Below, in pieces: positions 17,719 through 27,258 of a stretch of DNA of 60,231 bases. The stretch comes from Spirochaetota bacterium (lineage in GTDB: Bacteria; Spirochaetota; Spirochaetia; Treponematales; Rectinemataceae), in assembly GCA_040757435.1 (NCBI GenBank), contig JBFLXC010000002.1:1-60231 (forward strand). The letters run 5' to 3'. How positions within the stretch are numbered: position 1 is the first letter of the stretch; each line of letters opens with the position of its first letter. The translations under genes and the position numbers were made by a program. A model generated the notes under the pieces. The model was given only the letters and a program-made list of their open reading frames with translations. It had not been told where the DNA came from and did not search any database.

Positions 17719-17784
17719 TAAACTCACCTAATGGAAATCGAGTCTTCCATAGCGAGGTTTTTACTTGTTCGAAAGGAGGAAAGC

Positions 17785-18873
17785 ATGAAAAGGAAAGGAT
17801 TTTTTGTCGCGGCCATAGCCCTTATGCTCTTTGGGCTGGTCTTCGGCGCCTTTGGCCAGGCCAAGCCGGGAAGCGCGAGTTCAGTCATCGCGGAAAGCAA
17901 GTTCAAAGGTGTCAAGGCGGATTACACCTTGAAATTCTCCCTTCAGGAGCCCAGCGCCGACAATCCGGAATTCAACGCCGCCGTAGCCTTCAAGAATTAT
18001 GTGGAATCCCAGACGGGCGGGAAGGTCCAAATCCAGCTTTTCCCCAGCGCTCAGCTCGGGAACGAACGTGAGATAGTCGAGGCCATCAAGGCGGGCAACG
18101 TCGACCTGGGGACTTCCGCGGAAGGTCCTGTGGCCGGATTCGTCCCTGAAGTCTCCGTCCTTTCGATCCCCTACCTCTTCAAAGCCGGTCCCGTTGCATG
18201 GAAGGTGCTGAGCGGCCCCTTCGGCGAAGAGTTGAAGGAATTGATCTGGAAAAAGGGCAAGCTGCGGGTCTTGGCCTTCGGCATGAACGGCTTCAGGAGC
18301 TTTACCAATTCCAGGAAGCCGATCTATAAGCTGGAAGATCTCAAGGGCCTGAAGATCCGGGTCATGCAGGACAAGACCTATGTGGCCATGGTGAACGCCC
18401 TTGGAGCGATGGCGACCCCGATGGCAGGCGGCAACGAGCTGTACAGCGCCCTGCAGCAGAAAGTGGTGGACGGACAGGAAAACCCGCTGGACGGTATCTA
18501 CGCCTACAAGCTGTACGAGCAGCAGCCCTACATCACCGTCGACGCCCACACCTACAGCACGAAATTCCTCTTCGCCGACGACAAGAAGCTTAAGTCCATG
18601 CCCAAGGATTACCAGCTGGTCATCATGAATGGTGCCAGGATCTGGCAGTCCCACCTAGAAGGTCCCAAGGAAACCGCTTCCGTCGCTTCGTTCTTCATCC
18701 TCAAGGACCTGGTGAAGGAAATCTACACCCTGCCGCCCAGCGAGAAGGAAAGATTTAGGGCGGCGGCGCAGCCTGCGGTCATAGACTACATGAAAGGCAC
18801 CATCGGCGGCGAATGGATCGAAAAAGTCCAGGCGGCGGTCAAGCAAGCCGAGTTGGAGATCTACGGCGAATAA
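17785..18873 (+). CDS. dctP: TRAP transporter substrate-binding protein (DctP family)
   Basis: Signal peptide 'MKRKGFFVAAIALMLFGLVFGAFGQA' and DctP-like sequence ('GNEREIVEAIKAGNVDLG', 'KGLKIRVMQ'). Start taken at ATG 17785, preceded by AAGGAGG. Confidence 0.85.
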   Translation: MKRKGFFVAAIALMLFGLVFGAFGQAKPGSASSVIAESKFKGVKADYTLKFSLQEPSADNPEFNAAVAFKNYVESQTGGKVQIQLFPSAQLGNEREIVEAIKAGNVDLGTSAEGPVAGFVPEVSVLSIPYLFKAGPVAWKVLSGPFGEELKELIWKKGKLRVLAFGMNGFRSFTNSRKPIYKLEDLKGLKIRVMQDKTYVAMVNALGAMATPMAGGNELYSALQQKVVDGQENPLDGIYAYKLYEQQPYITVDAHTYSTKFLFADDKKLKSMPKDYQLVIMNGARIWQSHLEGPKETASVASFFILKDLVKEIYTLPPSEKERFRAAAQPAVIDYMKGTIGGEWIEKVQAAVKQAELEIYGE

Positions 18874-18890
18874 GCCTTTTCGATTGAGAT

Positions 18891-18938
18891 GGATAGTGCG
18901 CCGGATTCGTTCGGGTCTGGCGCCCTATCCTTTTTTTT
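18891..18938 (+). terminator. Intra-operon hairpin plus T8 between dctP and dctQ
   Basis: GGATAGTGCGCCGG (18891-18904) pairs 12/14 with CTGGCGCCCTATCC (18917-18930), followed by TTTTTTTT (18931-18938). Confidence 0.7.
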
Positions 18939-18971
18939 CCGGCCTAAGGATCAAATACGGAGGGGAGCGTC

Positions 18972-19472
18972 ATGGTGTGGTTGGCGAAGTTGCTGAGCTC
19001 GATCACTGAAAAAATTCTGTTCGTCCTTCTTTCTGCGATGACAGTCATCGTTTTCTGCCAGGTGCTGTTTCGGTATGTCCTCAACGCCCCCTTGTATTGG
19101 ACTGAAGAAGCCGCCCGCTACCTGATGATCTGGATCGTTTTCCTTGGGGCGAGCATCGGAATCCGCAAAGGGGCGCACCTGGGATTCACATGGTTCGTGG
19201 AGAGGTCCAACTCCAAGATGCGGAGATTTTACGGCATTGTCGCCCACCTTGGGCTTCTAGCCTTTTCCCTGAACATCACGTATTACGGGACCATCGTCAC
19301 CTTTCAGAATTTCGACCAGCTCTCGCCGGGCCTGCAGATGCCTGTGGCGTTTGTCTACGCCTGTCTTCCCGTAGGAGGCTTGTTGGCGATAGTCCAGCTC
19401 ATCCCCATCCTCGCGAAATTGATAGGCGCCCGGGAAGAGGGGGCGAAGAATCCAACGGGAGCGGCATCATGA
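18972..19472 (+). CDS. dctQ: TRAP transporter small permease (DctQ family)
   Basis: 166 aa, 4 TM segments, 'RYVLNAPLYWTEEAARYLMIWIVFLGAS'. Confidence 0.85.
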   Translation: MVWLAKLLSSITEKILFVLLSAMTVIVFCQVLFRYVLNAPLYWTEEAARYLMIWIVFLGASIGIRKGAHLGFTWFVERSNSKMRRFYGIVAHLGLLAFSLNITYYGTIVTFQNFDQLSPGLQMPVAFVYACLPVGGLLAIVQLIPILAKLIGAREEGAKNPTGAAS

Positions 19473-20755
19473 TAGTGTTCATCGTATCCGTAGCCTTCGT
19501 TGTCCTTCTCTTCGTCGGGATGCCCATCTCCTTCACCATTGGGCTCACATCGGTCATAGCGAGCTTCCTCGACAGCGGGATCTCGCCGACGGCCATCACC
19601 ACAAAGCTTGTCACGGGTATCGATACCTTCCCGCTCATGGCCGGCGCGTTCTTCATCCTGGCCGGGGAAGTCATGAGCACGGGGAGCATAACCAGAAGGC
19701 TTGTTGAATTCTCCAAGGTGATAATCGGCAGGGTTCGCGGAGGAACGTCCCTGACCGCCGTAGCCGCCAGCGTGTTCTTCGCGGGGATCAGCGGAGCCGC
19801 TGTGGCGGACCTCGCCGCCGTGGGCTCGATGCTGACTCCTGCCATGAAGCAGGAAGGCTACGACGACGACTTCGCGACGGCGTTGCCGGTAGCCGCCTCG
19901 GTGGTTGGTCCGATCATCCCGCCTAGCACCATCATGGTCATATACGCCATGGCCACGGGAACTTCCATCGGCGCGTTGTTCGTAGCGGGCATAGTGCCTG
20001 GCTTGCTCTTTGGGTTGGTCTTGGGCGGTATGGCGTACTACTACGCCGTGAAGAGAAAGTATCCCCGCAACGACGCCCCCTTCCCAGGCATCAAGGAGTT
20101 CTTCAAGCTTACCAGGAAGGCCATGCTGGTGCTCTTCATGCCCATCATCATCGTAGGCGGAGTGTTGAGCGGTGTCTTCACCGCCACGGAATCGGGCAAC
20201 ATCGCGGCGGTTTACGCGTTGATCCTTTCGATTTTCGTCTACAAGGAATACAAGCTCAAGGATCTTTACAGGATCCTGGTCAACTCCTCGGTCACAATAT
20301 CCATAGCCCTTCTGGTGATTTCCACGGCTTCGAGCCTCGCGTGGATATTCTCCATCATGCAGTTGCCCCAGAAGGCCCTTATCCTCATGACCTCCATATC
20401 GGAAAACCCCTATGTGTTCCTCATGCTCCTCAACGTATTGCTCATGGTGGCAGGCATGTTCCTGGATCCCGGGGCGGCAATAATAATATTGGCCCCCATG
20501 CTGGTTCCTCTCACCCGGTACTTCAACATCGATCCATTGCACATGGCCATCGTCGTCTGCCTCAACCTCACTGTCGGCCTGATAACGCCGCCTGTCGGGG
20601 TATGCCTCTACGTAGGCGCCGGGATAGGCAAGATCTCCATCGAGCGGGTCATCAAGAACGTCACACCCTTCATGATCGCGGAATTCGCCATCGTCCTTCT
20701 CATCACCTACCTTCCCGCGATCGCCACAACGTTGCCCAGGGCCCTGGGCTTTTAG
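19469..20755 (+). CDS. dctM: TRAP transporter large permease (DctM family)
   Basis: The 'MIVFIVSVAFVVLLFVGMPISF' start forms an ATGA overlap with the dctQ stop. About 428 aa, polytopic. The track start at 19190 lies inside dctQ. Confidence 0.88.
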   Translation: MIVFIVSVAFVVLLFVGMPISFTIGLTSVIASFLDSGISPTAITTKLVTGIDTFPLMAGAFFILAGEVMSTGSITRRLVEFSKVIIGRVRGGTSLTAVAASVFFAGISGAAVADLAAVGSMLTPAMKQEGYDDDFATALPVAASVVGPIIPPSTIMVIYAMATGTSIGALFVAGIVPGLLFGLVLGGMAYYYAVKRKYPRNDAPFPGIKEFFKLTRKAMLVLFMPIIIVGGVLSGVFTATESGNIAAVYALILSIFVYKEYKLKDLYRILVNSSVTISIALLVISTASSLAWIFSIMQLPQKALILMTSISENPYVFLMLLNVLLMVAGMFLDPGAAIIILAPMLVPLTRYFNIDPLHMAIVVCLNLTVGLITPPVGVCLYVGAGIGKISIERVIKNVTPFMIAEFAIVLLITYLPAIATTLPRALGF

Positions 20756-20764
20756 GGAGATATA

Positions 20765-21529
20765 ATGGACAGGCTTATAGGAAAGGTGGCGGTCATAACA
20801 GGCGCCGGTTCAGGCATAGGCAGGGCTGCGGCGATCCGCTTCGCCAAGGAAGGAGCCGGGGTGGTGGCGGCTGACATCAATCTCGCCGCCGCACAGGAGA
20901 CCTGCGTCCTTGTCGAGAGAGCAGGGGGCAAGGCCGTGGCCGCCAAGGCGGACGTAAGCAAGTCCCCGGACGTGAAGGCCATGCTGGACATGGCGGTGGA
21001 TCGATTCGGGCGCCTTGATATCCTGTTCAACAACGCGGGCCTTCCCCAGACCAACCAAAAGATCCAGGATTATCCCGAGGAATTGTTCGACCGCATCGTC
21101 GGCGTCAACATCAAGGGAGTCTTCCTGGGCTGCAAGCACGCGGTTCCCATCTTTGAAAGGCAGGGATGGGGCGGGGTGATCATCAACACCGCCTCCATAG
21201 CAGCCTCAAGGCCCAGGCCGGGGCAGAACATCTACGCCGCTTCAAAGGGCATGGTGGTGACCTTGACAAGGGCGTTGGCGGGGGAACTGGCTCCCATGCG
21301 GGTAAGGGTGGTGGCCATCAATCCCGTGGCCGTTGACACCCCGATGTTCTTCGGTTTCATAGGGGACCGGGACGAGGCGGAAGCCAGGAAGGCCTTCACC
21401 GAATCGATTCCCCTGGGCAGGTTCGCCCAGCCCGAGGACATAGCCAACGCGGCCCTCTACCTGGCGTCTGACGAGGCGTCCCTGGTGACGGGGACCATCC
21501 TGGACGTGGACGGCGGCCGCGGCGTCTGA
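20765..21529 (+). CDS. Classical SDR-family oxidoreductase
   Basis: 254 aa. 'TGAGSGIG', 'NNAG', and catalytic 'YAASK'. Confidence 0.85.
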   Translation: MDRLIGKVAVITGAGSGIGRAAAIRFAKEGAGVVAADINLAAAQETCVLVERAGGKAVAAKADVSKSPDVKAMLDMAVDRFGRLDILFNNAGLPQTNQKIQDYPEELFDRIVGVNIKGVFLGCKHAVPIFERQGWGGVIINTASIAASRPRPGQNIYAASKGMVVTLTRALAGELAPMRVRVVAINPVAVDTPMFFGFIGDRDEAEARKAFTESIPLGRFAQPEDIANAALYLASDEASLVTGTILDVDGGRGV

Positions 21530-21541
21530 AAGGAGTGATCC

Positions 21542-21889
21542 ATGGTCCGAGATTCGGAAGCGATGCGCGCCGAGCTGCGTCGCCACATGGGCGGGGGCAA
21601 GGGCGAGGTGGCGGTGATGCACATCCTGGAGAAGGATGAGATGAAGGGCCACGGGAGGCTCTTCGCCCGGAACATCCTCAAGCCCGGAACTTCCATAGGG
21701 ATGCACCAGCATGTGGGGGATTTCGAAGTCTACTACATCGCCAAGGGCCGCGGAGTCTTCAACGACAACGGAACCCTGGTCCCCGTCAAGGAAGGCGACG
21801 TGGGGATCATCGACAATCTCCAGAGCCACGCCATCGAAAACACAGGCAACGAAGACATGGAAGTGATAGCGGTGGTCCTTTACGAATAA
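21542..21889 (+). CDS. Small cupin-domain protein
   Basis: 115 aa. Cupin motif 1 'GTSIGMHQHVGDFEVYYIAKGRG' and motif 2 'GDVGIIDNLQSHAIEN'. Confidence 0.8.
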   Translation: MVRDSEAMRAELRRHMGGGKGEVAVMHILEKDEMKGHGRLFARNILKPGTSIGMHQHVGDFEVYYIAKGRGVFNDNGTLVPVKEGDVGIIDNLQSHAIENTGNEDMEVIAVVLYE

Positions 21890-21915
21890 TTGACGATGCC
21901 CAACAGGAGAGACTC

Positions 21916-23103
21916 ATGGACAAGCAGCAGGCGCAAAAGTTGTACGATTTCATAGACCGGGGCGAGTTGACCGATTTCCTCCAGAAGGCGCTGCAGATAC
22001 CCAGCCACATCGAATATCCGGACCAGGAGAAGGAGATGGGCGAATTCATCGCCCAGAGGATGAGGTCCGAAGGCATCGAGACCCAGATGCAGTTCGTCGA
22101 GGGCAAGAGGGCCAACATCCTGTCGGTCATCAAGGGATCCTCGGGCGGAAAGAGCGTGACCTACAACGGCCATATAGACAGCATCCCTCCCTTCGACATG
22201 GCCGAGCCCTATTCGGGCAGGATCGACGGTGACATGATGTACGGCCGCGGCGCCAGCGACATGAAGAGCGGCATAATCGCCATGGCCTACGCCATGATCG
22301 CCATAAAGAGGTCGGGCTTCGCCCCTCCCGGAGACATAGTGCTCTCCGCGGTGGTGGGCGAGGAGTACGGGAGCTTTGGCGCGACCCATTACGTGAAGCA
22401 CAGTCCTCTCACGGACTACGGGGTGTGCGGCGAGCCCACGGGGCTCAAGATCGCCTCGGCCCAGAAGGGCCTGCACTGGTTCGAGTTCAACGTGCCCGGC
22501 AAGCGCATCCATTCCAGCGTGTCCTCCCAGGGCATAAACGCCTTGAAGCGCCTCAACGCATTGATGAGCCTGATCAACGGGAAACTGGAGCCAGAGCTGA
22601 AGAAACGCACCCATAGGCTCCTGGGCTCCTCGCTGGTCAACCTGGGGAAGGCATGGGGAGGGGAGCAGCCCAACGTTGTCCCCGGGGAAGCCCATCTTCA
22701 GATCGAAAGGCGCTACATCCCCGGCGAGACGTTGGAAAGCGTGATGAAGGAGTTGGACGATATCGTTGCGGAATGCAACGTGGGATACGAGGGATATCCC
22801 GTAACCTACGACCACATGCCCTACAGCCTTCTGGTGAGCAAGACTCCCATGGATGTTCCCGCGGAGCACCCCATCGTGCAGGGCATGCTCAAGGCGGGAC
22901 GGGATGTGCTCGGGTCGGAGCCTGAGATATTCGGCGCTCCCTTCTGGGGCGACGCGGGGGTGCTCAACGATGCTGGCGTCACCACGGTGCTCTTTGGCCC
23001 CGGCGAGGTCGCGGACGCCCATACCGCCACGGAGCATGTGAGCCTGACCAATGTGTACAAGGCGGCCAAGGTCTACGCCGCCCTGCCGTTCTTCCTGGGG
23101 TAG
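21916..23103 (+). CDS. M20-family metallohydrolase (ArgE/DapE/ACY1-like deacylase)
   Basis: 395 aa. 'NGHIDSIP', 'GRGASDMKSG', 'VVGEEYGSFG'. Confidence 0.8.
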   Translation: MDKQQAQKLYDFIDRGELTDFLQKALQIPSHIEYPDQEKEMGEFIAQRMRSEGIETQMQFVEGKRANILSVIKGSSGGKSVTYNGHIDSIPPFDMAEPYSGRIDGDMMYGRGASDMKSGIIAMAYAMIAIKRSGFAPPGDIVLSAVVGEEYGSFGATHYVKHSPLTDYGVCGEPTGLKIASAQKGLHWFEFNVPGKRIHSSVSSQGINALKRLNALMSLINGKLEPELKKRTHRLLGSSLVNLGKAWGGEQPNVVPGEAHLQIERRYIPGETLESVMKELDDIVAECNVGYEGYPVTYDHMPYSLLVSKTPMDVPAEHPIVQGMLKAGRDVLGSEPEIFGAPFWGDAGVLNDAGVTTVLFGPGEVADAHTATEHVSLTNVYKAAKVYAALPFFLG

Positions 23104-23107
23104 GGCG

Positions 23108-23977
23108 ATGGAACGCATAGGCCTTGTGGGCATAGGCGCCATGGGGAGCGGCATAGCGGAAAACCTCCTCAAGGCCGGCCATCCCGTATGGGCCTTCCAT
23201 CGGCCCACGCCATCGGGAAAGGCCGCGGCGGAAAAACTTTCCGCCCTTGGAGCCGAAACTTGCGAAGACTTGGGGGAAGTGTTCTCGAAGGCCGACGTCC
23301 TTGCGATCTGCCTGCCCCGCTCGGAGGACGTGGAGTCCATCATCCTCGGCCCTGGGGGATTGGCGGAGGCCAGGGGCACGACGGTCCGGACGGTTCTGGA
23401 TTTTTCCACCGCCCATCCCGATTCCACGAGGAAACTACACTCCCTTCTCAAGGGCGAGGGCGTGGATTTCCTCGACATTCCCATGACGGGCAGCGTGAGG
23501 GAAGCCAAGGAGGGAACCCTGAACCTGATCGCAGGGGGAGAGGAGGGAGTGTTCCGCCGCGTGGAGCCCCTCCTGCGGAAAATATCGGCCCTTGCGTTGT
23601 ACGCCGGACCCAGCGGATCGGGCAACCTTGTGAAGCTAGCCAACAACCTGCTGGCCATCCTCGACCAGGCGGTGACAGCCCGCATTTCCATCGAACTCGA
23701 CAGGAATGGAATATCGCCTAACGTTTACACCGAATTTTTGGGCAAGAGCAGCGCGAACAGCGGCGGGTTCAGGCTCATGATGTATCGCATAATGTCAGGA
23801 GATTTCGCGAGGAAATTCGAGCTCAGCCTCGCCCTCAAGGACATAGGCTACTGCAGGGATGTCTTTCCCTCGCCCTTCGCCGAGGAATTGCACTCCTTCC
23901 TGACGAAGGCGAGCGAGGCGGGGTATGGGGACAAGGACATAGGAGCCATGTACCATTATCTTAAGGAAAATTCCTAG
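23108..23977 (+). CDS. Beta-hydroxyacid dehydrogenase (HIBADH/6PGDH NAD-binding family)
   Basis: 'IGLVGIGAMGSGIAENL' Rossmann motif and 'GSGNLVKLANN' catalytic-Lys motif. Start taken at ATG 23108, just after the upstream stop. Confidence 0.8.
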   Translation: MERIGLVGIGAMGSGIAENLLKAGHPVWAFHRPTPSGKAAAEKLSALGAETCEDLGEVFSKADVLAICLPRSEDVESIILGPGGLAEARGTTVRTVLDFSTAHPDSTRKLHSLLKGEGVDFLDIPMTGSVREAKEGTLNLIAGGEEGVFRRVEPLLRKISALALYAGPSGSGNLVKLANNLLAILDQAVTARISIELDRNGISPNVYTEFLGKSSANSGGFRLMMYRIMSGDFARKFELSLALKDIGYCRDVFPSPFAEELHSFLTKASEAGYGDKDIGAMYHYLKENS

Positions 23978-24639
23978 GCCTTTTTCTTCCCGTAGGTTTT
24001 CTGGAAATTGACCAGCCCCGCCTTGATGTGCTCCTCCATGAGGGCGCCGTATTTCTCCGGGCTCAGGTCCTTCGTCTCCATGTGGGCCACAAGATCGTCG
24101 TGGGTGTGGAGATCGAAATCCATGTTGATGTTGATGAACTGCAGTCGGTATCGGATATTCTGTATCCTGAGACTCTTGCAGAAATCCGCAAGGATTTCGT
24201 TCTCGCTTTTCTCGGCGAAAAACTCATGGAACTGGTCGTGGGAATCCAAGAAGCTGCGCAGGTCCTTTTTTTCCGCAGCCTCCTTCATGAGCCCGTAGAA
24301 TTTCTTCAATTCCGCCGCCGCGGAAGTCCCGACCCTTTCGTAGGCAAGGCGGGCCGCGAGTCCCTCCACCGTGGTGCGCACCACGAAATGGTTGAGCACG
24401 TCCTGGGTGGATATGGTTTTGACGTAGCAGCCTCTCCGGGGCCTGTATTCCACCAGGCCGACCTTCATCAGGCCTTGCAAGGCCTCCCGAACCGGCGACT
24501 TGCTGACGGAAAATTCTTCCATCACATCAGTCTCTATGAGCTTCTGGCCAACTTCATATTCGCCGGATAAAATCTTCTCCGCGATCTTGTCGAAGAGAAA
24601 CTCGGAAAGGTTCTGGAAACGTTGCTCGCTCTTTTTCAT
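23974..24639 (-). CDS. GntR-family (FadR/FCD subfamily) transcriptional regulator
   Basis: N-terminal wHTH 'GQKLIETDVMEEFSVSKSPVREALQGLMKVGLVEYRPRRG' plus a helical FCD-like C-domain. I prefer ATG 24639 (MKKSEQRF). The track's TTG at 24690 would place an operator-like site inside the coding sequence. Confidence 0.8.
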   Translation of the reverse strand: MKKSEQRFQNLSEFLFDKIAEKILSGEYEVGQKLIETDVMEEFSVSKSPVREALQGLMKVGLVEYRPRRGCYVKTISTQDVLNHFVVRTTVEGLAARLAYERVGTSAAAELKKFYGLMKEAAEKKDLRSFLDSHDQFHEFFAEKSENEILADFCKSLRIQNIRYRLQFININMDFDLHTHDDLVAHMETKDLSPEKYGALMEEHIKAGLVNFQKTYGKKKA

Positions 24640-24678
24640 CCTTTTTGACCTCGGCGCTTTTTCGGTAACTCTTTGCGA

Positions 24679-24690
24679 AGAGTCGACCAA
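24679..24690 (-). promoter_or_regulatory. Degenerate copy of the GTCGAC-centred operator upstream of gntR
   Basis: The minus strand reads TTGGTCGACTCT, a 9/12 match to TTAGTCGACTAA, about 40 nt upstream of the preferred gntR ATG. Confidence 0.35.
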
Positions 24691-24749
24691 TTATACCGAC
24701 CTGTGAAACATCCCGCAATATGGTTTCGCTCCATAAAGTTTCATGAAAT

Positions 24750-24786
24750 AAAAAAAAGGTCCGAACCTTCGCCTCGGTTCGAACCT
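24750..24786 (-). terminator. Rho-independent terminator after the transaldolase-like gene
   Basis: On the minus strand, GGTTCGAACC and GGTTCGGACC form a hairpin with one mismatch/wobble, followed by a run of 8 T (plus-strand A-run 24750-24757). Confidence 0.7.
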
Positions 24787-24796
24787 TTTATCAGCC

Positions 24797-25843
24797 TCAA
24801 GCTTTTCGAAGCGCCTTGATCTCTTCCAGCACCGCCTTCCAGGACTTGAGGAACATGCTCCTGAAAAGCTCCACGGGGCCGAACTCCTCGAACTCGTCCA
24901 GCTCAAGGCCCTTGGGGTCCCAGCCCTTGCGGAAGTCGGGGAGCTTCTCCAGAAGCTCGTCCACCACAAGGGGAGGGACGGGATTGAAGAAGCGATGGAC
25001 CACGTCGGGATTCTGCTCTATGAGGGTGTCCGCCGTGCCCTTCCAGTTGATGGTGACCACCTGGTGCCCTCCCACCATTTCGGTGAAATGCCGCAGCTGC
25101 CGCGCCCCGCCTCCTATTATGACCGGCGCGTAATTCCGGTCGTGGAGGACTTGGTACATTTTTCTCGTGGCGGCCATGCCGGCTTGGCGGACAACGTCGC
25201 CTTCGATATCCACCTTGTTGTCCCGCACATAGTTTTCCAGGTACTCGTCATAGATGCCGGTGATGAAGGAAAGCCATATGGGAGGCCTTTTGTTCGCCTT
25301 CCTGGTGATCGCCTCGTACATCTCGCAGAGCTCTATCCCCTGGGCGATGGACATGATCTCCGTGGCGTTGATGGGATAGCCCTCGGGAATGAGGGTTTCC
25401 ATCGCCTTCAGGCCAGCCTTGGTGCAGGGAATCTTGATCGCGATGTTCTTGCCCAGGGCTCCGTTCTTCCGCGCCTCGTCGATGATCACCTGGGGATCGT
25501 GCTCATGGATGGGATCCCCCTGGATGCTCACGTAGCCGTGCTTTCCATCGCTCTCCTTCCAGAGGGGATAGAAGATTTCCTGGATCGGCTTGACCAGCTT
25601 CCTTTGGAAAATGGCCGCGGCCTCGTCGTCGTCGGAGCTTTCCTTCACAGCCTCGAGGAGGAAGGGGCGGGCGTAGGAACCTTCCTGGAGGTGGGTGAGC
25701 ATCTTGTGGCTGTAGGATGGGTTGTTCGTGCAGCCGAGGGCTCCGCTTTCTATGGCGAGCCTGGCTTCCTCCCTGGTCGGATTGTTGATCCAGAACATGG
25801 TGGGGGAGAGTCTATGGACTCGGTGGAAATATCCGTTTTTCAT
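24797..25843 (-). CDS. Transaldolase-family protein (class I aldolase fold, Schiff-base Lys retained)
   Basis: 348 aa. 'GCTNNPS' (compare D.TTNP), 'IAIKIPCTKAG' (catalytic Lys motif), 'INATEIMS'. Confidence 0.75.
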   Translation of the reverse strand: MKNGYFHRVHRLSPTMFWINNPTREEARLAIESGALGCTNNPSYSHKMLTHLQEGSYARPFLLEAVKESSDDDEAAAIFQRKLVKPIQEIFYPLWKESDGKHGYVSIQGDPIHEHDPQVIIDEARKNGALGKNIAIKIPCTKAGLKAMETLIPEGYPINATEIMSIAQGIELCEMYEAITRKANKRPPIWLSFITGIYDEYLENYVRDNKVDIEGDVVRQAGMAATRKMYQVLHDRNYAPVIIGGGARQLRHFTEMVGGHQVVTINWKGTADTLIEQNPDVVHRFFNPVPPLVVDELLEKLPDFRKGWDPKGLELDEFEEFGPVELFRSMFLKSWKAVLEEIKALRKA

Positions 25844-25861
25844 GAAGGACTCCTTAGGCGG

Positions 25862-27223
25862 CTAGAGTGTTAGGCCCAGCTTGCGTTCCACATCCGAAAG
25901 GGCCTGGTCGAGTATACCCAACAAATCCTCGACCTGTCTCTCGGTGATCACCAAGGGCGGGCCGAGCATGATCATGTTTCCTTCCACCCCGTCCAGGCAG
26001 CCGTAGCAGGGGAATACGATGAGACCCCGGTCCCGGGCGGCCTTCTCCACCATCCTGCTCACGTTGGCTGAGACGGGGAAGGGCGCCTTGGTCTTCTTGT
26101 CCGCCACGCATTCGAAGCCTACCATCAGCCCCTGGCCGCTCACCCTGTCCATCATGGGGTGCTTTTCCGAAAGGCTTTGCAGGCCTTGCTTGAGCTGCCT
26201 CCCACGGGCTTCCGAGTTCTCCGCCAGATGGTTCCGGTCCATGTAGTCTATGGCGGCCACGGCGGCGGCGCAGGATACTATGTTCGCGTTGAGGGTGTGG
26301 CCGGACTTGAAGGCGGAGTTGCTCTTCTCCAACGTTTCCCATATGTCGTCCCGGGCGATGGTGGCGGCGATGGGTATGTATCCCGAGGTCATTCCCTTGG
26401 CCGTTGCGACTATGTCCGGGGTGACGCCCGAGTAGTCGATGCCCCAGGCCTTGCCCGTCCTGCCCCAGCCTGTCATCACTTCGTCGGCGATGAAGAGCAC
26501 GTCGTAGGCGTCGCAGATCTTCCTGATCAGCTCGAAGTAACCCTCCGGGGCGGACACGGCGGCCAGGGCGGCGCCCACCATGGGTTCCGCTATGAAGGCC
26601 GCCACGTTCTCCGGGCCTTGCTGGCGTATCGCGGTCTCCAGGGCACGGGCGCAGAGAAGGCCGCAGGAGGGATGGGATTTTTCATAGTGACAGCGGTAGC
26701 AATAGGCGGGAGGGATGTGGGGGGAGTCGACGAACATGGGCTGGAAAAGCTTACGCCTGGCCGTGAGGCCGGAGAAACCCGCCACGGCGATATTGTTCCC
26801 GTGGAAGGATTGCCAGCGGGAGATGACCTGGAACTTGGAGGGCTTTCCCTTTTCCACCCAATATTGCCTGGCGAGCCTGACGGCGTCGTCGGTGGAGTCG
26901 GTGCCGGTGCAGGAGAACCAGACCCTGCTCGTTCCCTTCAGCGTTCCCGGCGCCTTCTGCACCACCTTTTCCGCCAGCTTGAGGACCGCCTCCCCCGTGA
27001 AGGCGTGGGTGGGGGCGTAGGATATCTTCTTCGCCTGCTCGAACATGGCGGCGTAGACTTCCTCCACGCCGTGCCCCAGGGAGGTGCAGACCGAGGAGCC
27101 CCCCGATCCGTCTATGTATTTGTTGCCTGCGCTGTCGTAAAGATAGATCCCCTCCGCCCGCTCGATGATCGGGAATTCCTTGTTCCAGTCCCGCATGACC
27201 GCGTAATTCTTGTTGTCCGCCAT
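25862..27223 (-). CDS. Class-III (omega-type) PLP aminotransferase
   Basis: About 453 aa. 'FIADEVMTGWGRTG' and PLP-Lys 'ATAKGMTSGY'. ATG 27223 is preceded by GGAGG. Confidence 0.85.
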   Translation of the reverse strand: MADNKNYAVMRDWNKEFPIIERAEGIYLYDSAGNKYIDGSGGSSVCTSLGHGVEEVYAAMFEQAKKISYAPTHAFTGEAVLKLAEKVVQKAPGTLKGTSRVWFSCTGTDSTDDAVRLARQYWVEKGKPSKFQVISRWQSFHGNNIAVAGFSGLTARRKLFQPMFVDSPHIPPAYCYRCHYEKSHPSCGLLCARALETAIRQQGPENVAAFIAEPMVGAALAAVSAPEGYFELIRKICDAYDVLFIADEVMTGWGRTGKAWGIDYSGVTPDIVATAKGMTSGYIPIAATIARDDIWETLEKSNSAFKSGHTLNANIVSCAAAVAAIDYMDRNHLAENSEARGRQLKQGLQSLSEKHPMMDRVSGQGLMVGFECVADKKTKAPFPVSANVSRMVEKAARDRGLIVFPCYGCLDGVEGNMIMLGPPLVITERQVEDLLGILDQALSDVERKLGLTL

Positions 27224-27258
27224 GGATATCCTCCACAATTGCTGGGAATCTTATTTTT

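Noticed and set aside
19190-19468. Upstream extension of dctM (track start 19190), and similar extensions at 14303, 17731, 23051, 27344, 37743, 40405, 44510 and 44713
   Set aside because: The extensions overlap the preceding gene or promoter DNA and lack family similarity. Internal starts give canonical N-termini (signal peptides, Rossmann motifs), often with an RBS or an ATGA stop/start overlap.
24797-25843. Calling the transaldolase-like gene a housekeeping pentose-phosphate transaldolase (tal) partnered with tkt at 31237
   Set aside because: It is co-transcribed with a class-III aminotransferase from the operator-controlled promoter and lies 5 kb from tkt on a separate unit. Without a homology search I cannot exclude a canonical Tal, so it is labelled only as a transaldolase-family protein.
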